Positions 51,880-64,000 of a stretch of DNA of 64,000 nucleotides are shown here, in pieces. The position numbers and the translations under genes are program-made. The notes below the pieces were generated by a model. That model was not told the origin of the DNA. It saw only the letters and a list, made by a program, of their open reading frames with translations, and did no database searches. The stretch is from contig OX597821.1 of NCBI GenBank assembly GCA_951406725.2, forward strand, positions 69,068,001 to 69,132,000, in the 5' to 3' direction. Numbering within the stretch: the first letter of the stretch is position 1; each line of letters opens with the position of its first letter. The DNA comes from Octopus vulgaris (lineage: Eukaryota).

Positions 51880-51930
<51 letters not shown>

Positions 51931-52124
51931 CATACGTTTGTGTGTCTGTGTTTGTCCCTCCAACATCGTTTGACAACCGATGCTGGTGTGTTTACGTCCC
52001 CGTAAAGAGACCGATATAATGAATACTAGGCTTACAAAAGAATAAGTCCTGGGGTCGATTTGCTCGACCTAAAGGCAGTGCTCCAGCATAGCCACAGTCA
52101 AATGACTGAAACAAGTAAAAGAGT
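51738..52124 (+). mobile_element. Dominant SINE, full length
   Basis: GGCATAGGAGTGGCTGTGTGGTAAG head to CAGTCAAATGACTGAAACAAGTAAAAGAGT tail. Confidence 0.88.
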
Positions 52125-52609
52125 ATTTAAAAATAGATATTTGGTATATACAACAGGAATTATTCAATGCTCACTATAATCTTGTGTTTAGTGTAGTATG
52201 TACATACTGTTTGTCTCTCTTTGGTTGAGGGAAATTTGTATGAGTGGTCAATATGTGAAAATGATTGTAAAATAAAGGATCTTAAGACAAGCACAAGGCA
52301 GGTGGTGGTGGCGGTGGTAGTAGTGGTAGCGAGTGTGAAGCTTGATTATTTCATTTATTTATACCACTAATGTATCTAAGACATTATGACACGTCACTCT
52401 CCTACAAATATGTAACTGTGTTAGCAATTGATATAATTACTTTTTGATTTTTCATTTATATATTTGTGAAAATAAGATCTTGTATTTAGAAGGGTTATTA
52501 TTGCAGTATAAAGAAGCGATAGGGATGAATGCCATCATTGTATGAAGAAATAGATGAAAAAAAAAATTTGGCCAAGTCAACAAGGGCAAACAAATCAATG
52601 AAGTTGTTA

Positions 52610-52800
52610 TGGGGTTTGCTCAACCTGCTAGAAATAGCAGCCAAATCTCCCTCAACTCACATTTTACCACGTTTACAAAAATAGAAAGACAGCTTGAATA
52701 ATGTACTCTGAGACACACTGTGTTCAAAAAAATTTAAAAAAATTGGATAGTCACAGTCAAGATTTCTTTCACCATAGGCTTGATCAGGTCTAACTTGGGC
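52610..52800. repeat. Unclassified ~200-bp interspersed repeat (CTAGAAATAGCAGCCAAAT family), representative copy
   Basis: Same motif set at ~1960-2120, 2840-3040, 3690-3880, 9350-9550, 9580-9800, 17660, 23700-23900, 25570-25770, 34630-34820, 41735-41940 and 45880-46085. Confidence 0.7.
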
Positions 52801-52834
52801 AAAATAACAAAACAATGAAAAAGGAAATAAATGC

Positions 52835-53345
52835 AGGCGTGGCTGTGGGGTTAAGAAGCTTGCTTTGCAACCATGTGGTTCTGGGTTCAGTTCCACTATG
52901 TGGCACCTTGGGTAAATGTCTTCTAACCTCTGGGTTAACTAATAACATCTTAGTAAATTTGGTAGAAACTGTGTGGAAACCCATCACATATATATATATA
53001 TATATCTTAATGTCAAACAACTGAGAAAGGAGTGCTCAGTACATATTGTAAGGGATATGGTTTTTCTTTTAGTTTTATTAATAAAAAAAGCTATACATGC
53101 ATGAGTGTGTGTGTGTATTTGTGTCTGTGTTTGTCACCTCACCTCTGCTTGACAATTGGTGTTGGTTTGTTAACATCCCCATTACTTGGTCGTTTGGCAA
53201 AAACAACCAATGGAATAAGTATCAGAATATAAAAAAATTCAAAATCAAATGTAATTCCTGGGGTCAAGTTGTTTGACTAAAATCCTTCAGGGCGGTGCCC
53301 CAGCATGGCCACAGTCCAATGACTGAAGTAAGTAAAAGACAAAAG
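52835..53345 (+). mobile_element. Dominant SINE with ~85-bp insertion in its microsatellite
   Basis: Head 52835-52985, foreign segment 53007-53090, 3' half to the tail. Confidence 0.7.
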
Positions 53346-54828
53346 AATATTTTATATTAAGTAGGCTGTAACACTGAAATGGAAAAATACTGCATGTTGT
53401 TATTTGAAATTAAATAATAATCTTGAAAGGTCTACAGACAGAAATAATTAGATATAGGACCACCCACTGCGACAGATCAGCATCCCATCCAGGGTAGGTG
53501 TTGTGCTGTAATCTCAGTCGCTTATTCACCATGGAAACTGGATTAATCTCCGACGTTATGAGTCCTTGGGCTCATGATAGATCTAAGAAGTTGGACCACC
53601 CACCAGGTCTCAGGGGCACCCGAAAAGAGATTCTATTAAATAATAATGTCAAGGCTAAATCATCCTGGCTGGGCCCCATCCCATCTAAGGTTGTTGACTT
53701 ATGGCTGAAATGACTAGTGGAAGCCAGATATTTTTTAGAGTCATGGTTATGGGAAGTAATGGCATTCATGCTATTTCCCAAGACTATTATAAATAGAAGT
53801 GAAATGAATTCAGAAGCCTGTAACCCTCCCCCCCCCCAAAAAAAAAATCATGTCATCAACATGGCTAGCCGAGTGCTCTCTCTCTTTTACTCTGCAACAT
53901 TTGTAGACATATGGAAATGTAAAACTAAGTTAATTTAAAATCTGCAGTAGAAAGAGGAGGAGGAGGAATCGAGGGAGAGAAGGAAATTTTCAAGTAATAT
54001 CCAATATCAGCTTGCCATTTAGAGTATGGTAACTATTCCAACAGTTCCATATTGTATCTCCTGATAGGCTGAACTATAATAATAACTGCAGTTGTTGTAT
54101 GTACTCTATTGACTGCATTCATTATAACCCACACGTTAACTCCTATCTGTCGTGATGCTTACTATATTATTTGTGGTTGAAATTAAGTTAAACTTTTGTC
54201 TTCTCTAAGATGTGTAATTATTATGTAGGATATTTGATATACTGGATCTGTGAACTCAAATAGCCGTTTTGCCGGAATTTAAATAGAATGAAAGGATTAT
54301 AAAAATAAAAGAAAAACTTTATATATATATATATATATATATACACTCTTTATATATAAAATGCAATTTGATATTTAGTTCAAACAGGAAATTTTCATCA
54401 ATGTTGCAAGTTAGGAGAAAATAAGATTTACTTTTAAGACTTGTTCATGTATCACAGACCAGAGAAAGAGAAGAAAAGGAAGAAAAAAAAATATAAATGA
54501 AATGTGTCAATTCTATGGGTATTATAAACGTGAAGGATTTATATGTGGTGACATATTTAAATGATTGTACAGATTTATTCGTTTTATAATCTGATTTTAA
54601 AACTACAAACAGCCATGTACGGGAGGCGGTGACGGTTGCTTTGGTGTTAGTGGTGTAGGGGAATTCAATTGTGATGGTCTCAATGGGAACAGTAGGTCCT
54701 TAACACCAGTAATTTCTCTTCTTTAACATCACCTTAGTCTATATTAAGAGACATAAAAACTCAGGGGAAAAATAGGAGGCTTGATCTAGTGCCATTTTCA
54801 AATTTGCCGCCTCCTCCTCCTCCTCCTC

Positions 54829-54877
<49 letters not shown>

Positions 54878-55259
54878 CACCACCACCACTGCTGCTGCTA
54901 CTATTAACAGTAATAAAGATAATCCTTTCTACAATAGGCACAAAGCCTTAAATTATGGGGGCAGGGGCAAGTTGATTCTATCAATCCCAGTGTGTAACTG
55001 GTACTTATTTTGACCACAGTAAGGCTCTCTTTGATAATTAAGATATCATCAATTAATGCTTGTTGGTTTTTAATATACTAACATGTTATATGCAAGTTAC
55101 AAAGTTGTAAATTTAAAATGTGTCCTTTGAAATGGTTTGCCATCTTTTTAGGGTTCAAGAAAAATACCTGTGGGTATATCAGAATATTTTTATTTGTTGT
55201 TTCCATAAAAGACAACATCAGATTGAATTCTCAAGATTGATGTTGTAGCAGCTGATTAA

Positions 55260-55480
55260 CCCTATAACATTTAAACTGGCAATATCCGTACCAAATATTT
55301 TACCAGTTTTATGTTCAAACTGACCAGATCTAGCCTCTTACACCTACCCTACAATGTCATTCTCAAAATAAGCAATCACATCATTGAAATCTTAAAGCTA
55401 TGAGATAATACTTGATGAATTGAAAACAGTGCAAATAAAGAGGCATTAAACTTGACAGAGTAATTGGAAGATCCAAAGAG
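55260..55480. mobile_element. piggyBac-like MITE
   Basis: TTAA|CCC ... AAAGAG|TTAA; homologous to 34118-34337. Confidence 0.75.
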
Positions 55481-57854
55481 TTAAATATTTGGCATAATCA
55501 ATAAGTCAAGAGTTCATATGTTGCAAAAAGCTGTGATTTATAGCTAAACATGGGTACAGTGGCTGAATGGATGAGCTGTCATCTTCTAAACTCATGTGAT
55601 ATGGTTTTGTATCTTGGCACTAGTTGTATACAATACGATTCTTGAGCAAGTTACTTAACTCCATATTCTGTGATATTGATTGAAAATGGGCACTATTAGG
55701 TTATGTTTGTTATTAACTGCTATTTGAATAAATACCATGTATTACTGGATACATGATATTTGATGTTATAAGCTAAACAGATTAGAAAAGGGAAGCTTCA
55801 TTTATAATTGATGATTTGAAATTTGATTGGTTATACAGCTGTTGGTGAAGGTATCTGGCTAAGTGATTAGGGTGTTGCACTCATGATTGCAAGATCATGA
55901 TTTCAATTCCCAGGTCAGGTAGTGCATTGTATTCTTGAGTTAAACACATCATTTCAACTTTCTCCAGTCCACTCAACAGAAAATGAGTAACCCAACAATG
56001 GACTAGTGTCTCATTAAGGGAGAATGTTGTGATCTTGGTCACTCATATACCATGGAAACTAGGTGACCAGCCCTATGAATCTTACAACTCAAGACTGTAA
56101 TGTCCAGCAGGACTTGCTTTGCTTTATAATACTGCTGTTGATAGAATATCTTCATAATGTCTATTCTCGAACATAGCAAAGACAAATCTCAATCAGAATT
56201 GTTTCATCTCCAGGAAAAGAAAAAGAAAATGTGTTGTGCATTTGCACAAAAACACACCTGCAAAAGCAATAAAAGCAGGTTTCTGCAACAACATTCAATA
56301 CCCCATGTACTGTGGATCAAAACTACATGATATGACATGTATTCTCTGTAAAAGTAACAAAAGGAAATGATTATACAATATAGAGTATTAAAAATTAAAG
56401 AAAAGGAAGAAATAGGTCAAAGAAAATAATTCCAGTAGCTAATATTAATCTTATATGTGCAATGATAACTGTAAGTTTATGCTTTAGTCAGTGTCATACT
56501 CAATAAATGTTTATTGTAAACTTAAGGTGGAGTACAAATCAGATTTCTTGGTCAACACATTTATTGCTTTGTTTACCTGAAAACTGGAATAATACAGTAC
56601 TTTTGCTGCAGTAGACCCACCTCTTGCCCTTCACCCATTCTCTTATCCCTCTCTTTGCTCCCTTCTCTTTGTTAGTCGGGTAGGTAGTTACAGGTGCTAA
56701 TTTCATTTCAATTCTTTTGCTTTAATATGTGCCATTAAATCTATTGCTGGCTATTATATCTTCCTAGCTCCTATTATCCTGACTTCTGGCTCTCATCCAT
56801 ACTCCACTTCCATGTTTGTCTTCATCTGATCAAAGTGCTCCCCTGCTTTCTGCTTTCTTATTACTGAAGGCTTCTTCATATTTATAGCCATTATTTTAAG
56901 ATTAACATCTACTTTCATCTCTCTCATTGCAGACTTGAATTGTATATATTTTTTATTTATCTGATGAGGAAGGATACTTATCTCTCTTGCATATGAAGAT
57001 ATATATATATATATAATATATGTATGTATGTATGTATATGTGTGTGTTTGAACTATTAAACGTAGCAAATACCTTGTTGTGACCTTTTGTTTTATTTTCA
57101 TTTGATATTTTTTTTTATTTAGTATCATACATCTAGTCAAATTTGGGGATAATAACATGAAATGTTTTTTGATCTACATTTAGAAATAGATCAAGGGAAT
57201 TAAAGGTAAATAGAAAACTGTCTTCTATATCCTGTATGAACCCTTCCAGTTGTATGAAATTATCCCTCACCTCTTTCACACACACATACACACACACATC
57301 ATTATCTGTTTTTTATTAATAATTAGCAGAAGTTACACAGGACTCAGAGTAGATAGATAATGCATTATCCATATGGCATTATGATTGTTTCTTATTCCAG
57401 AGCAATCCAAGGAAATACCATTATCACCGATATATAAATGTAAACCCCCTTTGATTTGAAATGAATTTGATAAGTGTTAGTATATGAAAGTAGGGGGTCC
57501 TTGAGTCACTCCGTAACTCCTGATTATTAATAATAAAAATATATATACTCGTGTTTTGAGTTTTATTTTCCTGTTTGGATCACCAAACCTATTTATCATC
57601 ATCATTTAAGCTGGAGGGCTGCACCTGACTCCAGTCTGATTTGGTATGGTTTCTATGGCTGGATGCCCTTCCTAATGCTAACCACTCAGAGAGTGTAATG
57701 GGTGGTTTTATGTGCCACTGGCATATATATATATATACTTTTTTTTCTGTGATATATATTCTTCCATTCCTTTTGTTTGGAGGTCATCACTTATTCTCAG
57801 AAGACTTTCTAATTAGTAGTACTTCAGTACTATATTAGCATTGATGCAGTAGAT

Positions 57855-58325
57855 CAGGGGTGGGAAAACCTCCACGAGTACTTTCTATTGCACCCACAGG
57901 CCGATATACTTGTATGTACAAAATATGATAAATTTTTCAATTATAAAATTTATACAATAATTATATGCCTATTTGCGACATAGGACATGTTTCTACTATG
58001 ACTTAAAATAGTTAGACTCAAATAGAAATCATCCGGTAATTGCCATTTGAATGGAAATTTTCTTTTCACTATAAAACACATATTGCTAGGTTTGCACTAT
58101 CTCCTTGAGACCCAATTACACTTTAGCTGAAAAATATAGAATACCGCATAAGTAATATAAACGTCCTAAATTCAGTGGCGGCGTTAATGAAGATGTTACA
58201 TGTTAATTTAATGTGTTAAACTTATCTTTATTAATGTATATTGAATTATACAATTTGTGGTCCACACACAGACCTTTTTCATTGGAAATTTTTGTCCACC
58301 ACACTAAAAAGTTTCCCCACCTTTG
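57855..58325. mobile_element. hAT-like MITE
   Basis: Imperfect 15-bp TIRs CAGGGGTGGGAAAAC and GTTTCCCCACCTTTG. No clear 8-bp TSD. Confidence 0.5.
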
Positions 58326-58559
58326 ATTTCTTAGAAGTCAAGTGACCATATAATGGTTCCCTTTTTGGTTTGCATACTTCTTTTGGCTTTCTGGTCACTT
58401 GTTTTTATTGAGTGAGAATTCCTCTGATTTTTCTAGCACATCAAATATTTTGGTACTCTTCATCTAATTATTCTTTTATTCTTTTACGTGTTTCAGTCAT
58501 TTGACTGTTGCCATGCTGGAAAACTGCCTTTGGTCAAACAAAGATTTTGTTCTTTTTTC

Positions 58560-58591
<32 letters not shown>

Positions 58592-58982
58592 GGCAGCAAG
58601 CAGGCAGTCATGAGAATGCTGGACAAAATGCTTAGCAGTATTTCGTCTGTCTTTACATTCTGAGCAAATTCCTTTTCATCTTTGTGGGGTTGATAAAATA
58701 AGTACCGGTTGAGTACTGGCGTCGATGTAATTGAGTAGTCCCCTCCCACCAAATTTCAGGCCTTGTGCCTTCAGTTGAAAGGATTATTTTTATTATTATT
58801 TGACTTCTCAGAGCTCTTGATCTTACTTGCTCAGGTTGATTCTGTGAGAGCAGACAGCAGTCTGTTGTCAGAGATCTCACAAGGTCTCTTTCCACAAATT
58901 ACGAGCTTTGGTACTTTGATTTTAACTTATCTTGGAAGGCACTCAACACCCAAGCACCAACCTCAAAATTCTAGCTGTCCCC

Positions 58983-59041
<59 letters not shown>

Positions 59042-59231
59042 CTTTTAAATTCATTTATGGTAACTTTAAGAGTATGCATATATAGCTCCTATTTCATTAT
59101 GCTAGTTACCATCTAATGATATTGACTAGTGTGTCAGTTTTTCAGGGTTGCATCATAGTTATTCCGATATAATGTAGGATAAATATAATAGTAACAATAA
59201 TTCTTGGATGAAATTTATTAATATTTAATAC

Positions 59232-59364
59232 ATTGCTACACGTGTTTCCACAAATCACATGATTTTAACATCAGTGCCCATGTCCTTGAGATTAGTACAG
59301 TGTAGTCCGTATTATCTGTGGGCATTAGGTTGATCATCATCATTGATTCATTTCATCAGGCGAT
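59232..59364 (-). ncRNA. Type I hammerhead motif with ~104-nt stem II
   Basis: AUCGC CUGAUGA [104-nt hairpin] GAAAC ACGU GUA^GCAAU. Perfect palindromic stem III ACACGUGU; one stem I mismatch. Confidence 0.65.
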
Positions 59365-59521
59365 ACTGAATTAGTGGATGAATCACAGAGGGATGTTTAT
59401 CCCTTCTAGCTAGTATGAAGGCCTGTCTAGCTAGTATGAAGGCCAATCTACATAGTATGAAGACCAATCTAGCTAGTATGAAGGGATAAACAGCTCTCTC
59501 TGATTCATTCACTAATTCAGT

Positions 59522-59655
59522 ATTGCCTGATGAAATGAATCAATGATGATGATCAACTAGATGCCCACAGATAATATGGACTACACTGTATTAATCCCAA
59601 GGATTACAGACTCTGATGTTAAAATCATGGGATTTGTGGAAATGCGTGTAGTGAT
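59522..59655 (+). ncRNA. Inverted sister hammerhead motif, more decayed
   Basis: AUUGC CUGAUGA [105 nt] GAAAU GCGU GUA^GUGAU. Confidence 0.5.
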
Positions 59656-59716
59656 GTATTAAATATTTATAAACTCCATCCTAGAATTATTGTTATATAT
59701 ATATATATATATATAA

Positions 59717-59879
59717 TGATGGGCTTCTTTCAGTTTCTATCTACCAGATCCACTCACAGTGCTTTGGTTAGATCGAGACTATAGTAGAAGACACTTGTTG
59801 AAGGTACCATGCAGTGGGACTGAACCTGGAACCATGTGGCTAGGAAGCAAGCTTCTTACCACACAGCCATGCCTGCGCC
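59717..59879 (-). mobile_element. Dominant SINE, 5' half
   Basis: Head motifs; its microsatellite abuts the foldback element. Confidence 0.75.
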
Positions 59880-60719
59880 TATATATATATATATATGCTA
59901 TATATATAGCATATATATATATATATATGCTATATATATAGCATTGTATCTACATCACACCAGTGCAGTCATGAAATTTCTGTAGCATACACCTGTTGCT
60001 GCCACCATACTTCTGTAGTCATTGCAACCTGGTAGTGGCTACACTCCAACAGTCACATACTAAGGAAGGGAGGAAGTGCAACTATATTTGTCGCTGTGAA
60101 AGTCTTGTTAATCTGGTGGCGGTTGTAGATTGTGTGTTTAATTGAAACATATTGCTAGATCATTGCCTCCAGTAATCACTGTTTAAACATTAGGAGCAAG
60201 AACTAACTAGTGAATTGGAAAACAAAATAATGGAAATGTGTGTGTGTGCTGACACACATAGATCTTTGTATTGTTGGTGGATCGTTGCTATCTGACCTGA
60301 TCAACATAATATGGGGTATTGAAGCAATTGATTAGATGCCTAGGGTTACCAGTTTACAACACAGTCCACGACTATGTGTGTTTGTTGCTTTGATGTGGTA
60401 ATTCATGGGTCGAAGTGACCTCAAAGCACTGAAATAACTGGTTAACCATTTGTGGGGATGTTGAAGGTAGGAAGGAGAAATTCACAATCTCTACACCCCA
60501 GATATGGATACATTAGTTATCTTATTTTTATAATCACAAACCCAACTGTAGATCTCATATTTATTACAACACACAATGAAGCACTTCCTCAGGCCCTGAA
60601 CTAATAATCACTCTGTGCCTACATTTTCCCTCTAGACTTATTTGCTCAACATGTTCCTGCAGGTATTGACTTACAAGTGTATCAAAGTGATTATGAAAAC
60701 TGATATAAATGATACAACC

Positions 60720-60775
<56 letters not shown>

Positions 60776-62007
60776 TTTACAGAACATAATTTTGATGCAC
60801 GTTCTTTGTTCAAATTTCTTTGATGTTGCTCAACTTTGTCTTCTACTTTGTCTGGTAAGGAGTCTGTAATTTAGTACCAGTAATATTTTGGTTGAATCAG
60901 TGATTTGTGTTTGGCCTTTCCTTTTGTTTGTGCTAAAATTTATGTGATAAACTTAACTGTTTTTTATTCCTGTCTCAAGCATTGTCTATTTTTGTTTTAT
61001 GTATATGACTATACGGTTAAAATTCTAGTCCCTCAACTTCTAGAATTGTCAGCTCAGATTTTGCTGTTACCATTGTCTTTTATTCTCGTACTTGACTCAT
61101 TCAACTGAGCTCCACTCTGATTTCATGTTGAAGTTCAAGAAGGAAAAAATCAAAATAAACCCACTTGATTGTAAAAGCTTTTTAAAGCATCTAATGAAAT
61201 TTACATTCTTTTTGTGAGTTGGTTGTGCATATTTACATAGGTGATATGAAAACAAAACCAGATTGTTACACATTTAGTTTGGGACTGTCATCAAACACTA
61301 CTTTCTCTTACAAATATTTCAGAGTAAGTTTTGTCATTTTTAGTGAATTAACAAACCTCTTGACTCCATGTTGATTTTCATCCAGTGTGGCACCACACCA
61401 CTTAGTGAAGTTTTGTTTTTTTGTTGGTATTTTATTACTGGAAGCATTGGAACTGGCATAATTTTTACTGCAATCTTTACTTTCAGTTTAATTGGTGGTG
61501 CTTGTTTTCAATATGATTTCGTAGATACAAACATGGCTGTATGTTTAAAAAGCCTACTTTCTAATTATGTGGTCTTGGGTTTAGTCCTACTATGTAGCAC
61601 CTTTAGCAAGTATCTTAACCAAAGCTTTATGAGCGGATTTGATAGGTGAAAACAGGAAGCCCATTGTGTGTGTGTGTGTGTGTATTAGTGAATGGGCAAA
61701 CGAAAGAAAGTGGCACTCAGCACATTTAGTAGGAGTTAAATGTATTATTTAATAACATTTTGATTTGGCAGAAGAGCTAGGTTCAGTTTACAAGCTCATG
61801 AAACTGAAGTTGCACAGAGCCAAGTTAAACTGTTATTAAATAATACACACACACACACATGTGCAGCATTTTTTGTGTAGCAAGCTTTCTACAGCTGGAT
61901 GCCCTTCCTGACACCAACCTCCACCTGTTGCCAAGTGAGGTAGTTTCCCAAATGTACATATATGTGCATATATACATACATATATATGTATATACATATG
62001 CATATAT

Positions 62008-62390
62008 GGGTACAGGACGTCACACAATGTAAACAACATGAAATATGAAAACAGGAAATACATAATATGAAAACATGGAATATGAATTTTTTTCAAACAA
62101 CAAAAGGAACAAATGGAAAACAAGACTATCGACATAAAGAACAACCTTTCATTAGTTGTCGGCTGCTTTTCTACTCCATATTTCGAGCAATTTCACAACA
62201 AGATATATAGTCAAATTGACTAAAGGAACATTAAAAATAACAATAGCAAACAACAAGAGGATGTGCACATGGAATGTGTTAGTTTGATGCTAAATAAAAA
62301 GAGTGAGTTTTTGATGGTTTGAGCACAGATCTTCATCAGAAAGGGAAACGTCCAAAGGAAGAAAAAAAAAAAAAAAGAATCACCAACAGC
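62008..62390 (-). mobile_element. Second copy of the bipartite Penelope-like pLTR remnant
   Basis: Minus strand TTTCTGATGAAGATCTGTGCTC at 62342-62321 and end GTGACGTCCTGTACCC, colinear with 48500-49030. Confidence 0.55.
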
Positions 62391-63784
62391 ATTGTTGTAA
62401 ATGAGAATCATCATCATACAAGCAAAGTTGTTCAGATCTCGCCTGCAATGAAAAACATGCTTAGTCATAGGAAAATGCAGCCTTGCTTGGAAACAGGTGA
62501 AGGCTGGCAGCAGGAAGGGCATCTTGCAGTAGAAAATCTGCCCCAACAAATTTCATCTGGCCCACACAAGCTTAGAAAAGTTGATGTTAAATGATTATGT
62601 TGGTGATGTTTCATTTCCCAGTTGAAGATAGTTCTCTTCACTTATATATTGATAGCGGCCTCAGGAAAAGGATGAAGATCACAATCCTTTTCTCTTTTCC
62701 ATCTATTTGATAAAATTGATTTTGAAAAGTCAGTCACAAATGATGGTACCTTGGTGCATGAACATTTCATGTAAGTGAAAAATATATAAACAATGGGTTT
62801 GAAATTAACATTTATTTCACTTCAAGAATTTGAAGGTTAAACTTGTCAACTTTTAGAAGGATTTGAAATCAAATTTGTTGCATGTATTAGCATGTAAACT
62901 GTCTTTTGATTCTTGAAGGGCTATTTACTCTTTTAATACCAACCCATCTAAAACAACCCCTATCTGTTTTAAAGGAATGTAAATGAATTTTTTCCATCAA
63001 AGTTTCACATTAATTTACATTTCAAACATATATTTCAAAATATTAAATTATATTTCTAATCAAAATATTTGCTAATAGTACAGTTAATTTAGTAGATTTG
63101 TCATTATTTTCAAAATTAAATGGAACAAAGGCGATTGTATTTCATGAAAATATAGTAATGAAAGTGTTAAGGGAAAATATTTAACTCTCTGGTTTCACAA
63201 TGTGAATAGGATGAGAGATAAATCTTTTCCTGGATAAATCACTTACCTGTCAGATAATATTCCCAGGTAATTTGATACCTGTTATTGACAGCTGTGTAAA
63301 CTGCGGCTCTGATGACTAAAGTGTTTTACTCAGAAACACAACAAAACACCTGCAGTTGATCATCATCATCACCATTGTCATTGACGTGTCTGCTATTCCA
63401 TGCTTACACAGGTCAAACAAGAGTGTTGAGACAGAGTTTTCTATGACTGGGCACCTTTTTTTTTTGTCACCAGCCTCTCTGCATCCAAGCGAGGTAATAA
63501 TTTCCCAGTATATCAAGCCACAAACATTCCAGACATGCTTATGGGGAGAACTGGAAACAGATGACACTGGAATGAGCCTTTTGTTTACAAACATGCAGTA
63601 TATGTATATGTACACACGTAATATATAAATACATTTACATAGTGTGTGTGTGTATTTACACACATACGCTGCTTCTCAGCCAGGAGTTTTTGGTTTAGTC
63701 CCACTGTGTAGCACCTCTTCTGCTATAGCCACAGATTAAGGTTTCTGCCTACCAGAAACTTTGTGTGTGTATGTACATATACAA

Positions 63785-63880
<96 letters not shown>

Positions 63881-64000
63881 TAGGTTGTCCTAAGCTAAAT
63901 CTTTTAGCGTTTCATTGAACACACCTGAAGTGTAGCAAAGTTAAAACCTTGGTGTTGCTTGAAGTGGTAGTGCATCTCTTCTTTGTTCCTGATAAAAATC

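Larger units (their letters stand above)
59192..59695. mobile_element. Foldback element: ~215-bp inverted arms each carrying a hammerhead motif, with a 21-bp tandem spacer
   Basis: 59192-59406 is the diverged reverse complement of 59480-59695. Spacer = CTAGCTAGTATGAAGGCCAAT x3.7. Confidence 0.8.

Noticed and set aside
54808-54903. Poly-Pro/Thr/Ala ORF
   Set aside because: Compound trinucleotide microsatellite next to a SINE fragment.
57444-57498. ACCCCC...GAAAGTAGGGGGT resembling hammerhead stem I and 3' core, within an imperfect inverted repeat (57312-57535)
   Set aside because: No CUGANGA box and no stem II or III can be drawn; too degenerate to call.
63247-63315. Possible minus-strand exon ending at AG|GTAAGT
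   Set aside because: Strong donor but weak acceptor; peptide unrecognised; no supporting neighbouring exons.

Overview
AT-rich, microsatellite-dense eukaryotic DNA. The SINE families present fit an octopus/coleoid cephalopod genome best (inference). No host exon can be confidently called. The window looks like a CpG-retaining promoter-like zone (about 1-3 kb) followed by about 60 kb of CpG-depleted, repeat-filled, probably intronic DNA. The only long true ORF is a CR1-group LINE ORF2 (endonuclease + RT, minus strand, 19033-22071), uninterrupted but apparently 5'-truncated. Its 3' stem-loop is shared, with compensatory changes, by the dominant tRNA-derived SINE. Other repeats are several SINE families, Tc1/mariner, piggyBac-like and hAT-like MITEs, and decayed maT (DD37D), Tc1 and RTE remnants. 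The main hidden signal is a set of non-coding elements, mostly in or beside (TA)n tracts, that carry type I hammerhead ribozyme motifs. One is a tandem pair delimiting a 484-nt, highly structured monomer (32675-33521, retrozyme/Penelope-like). Two are divergent inverted pairs (15409-15981, 59192-59695). Several decayed copies also occur. In the three best, sequence-unrelated families, stem II is expanded into a 60-105-nt hairpin. All folds were done by eye and are untested.
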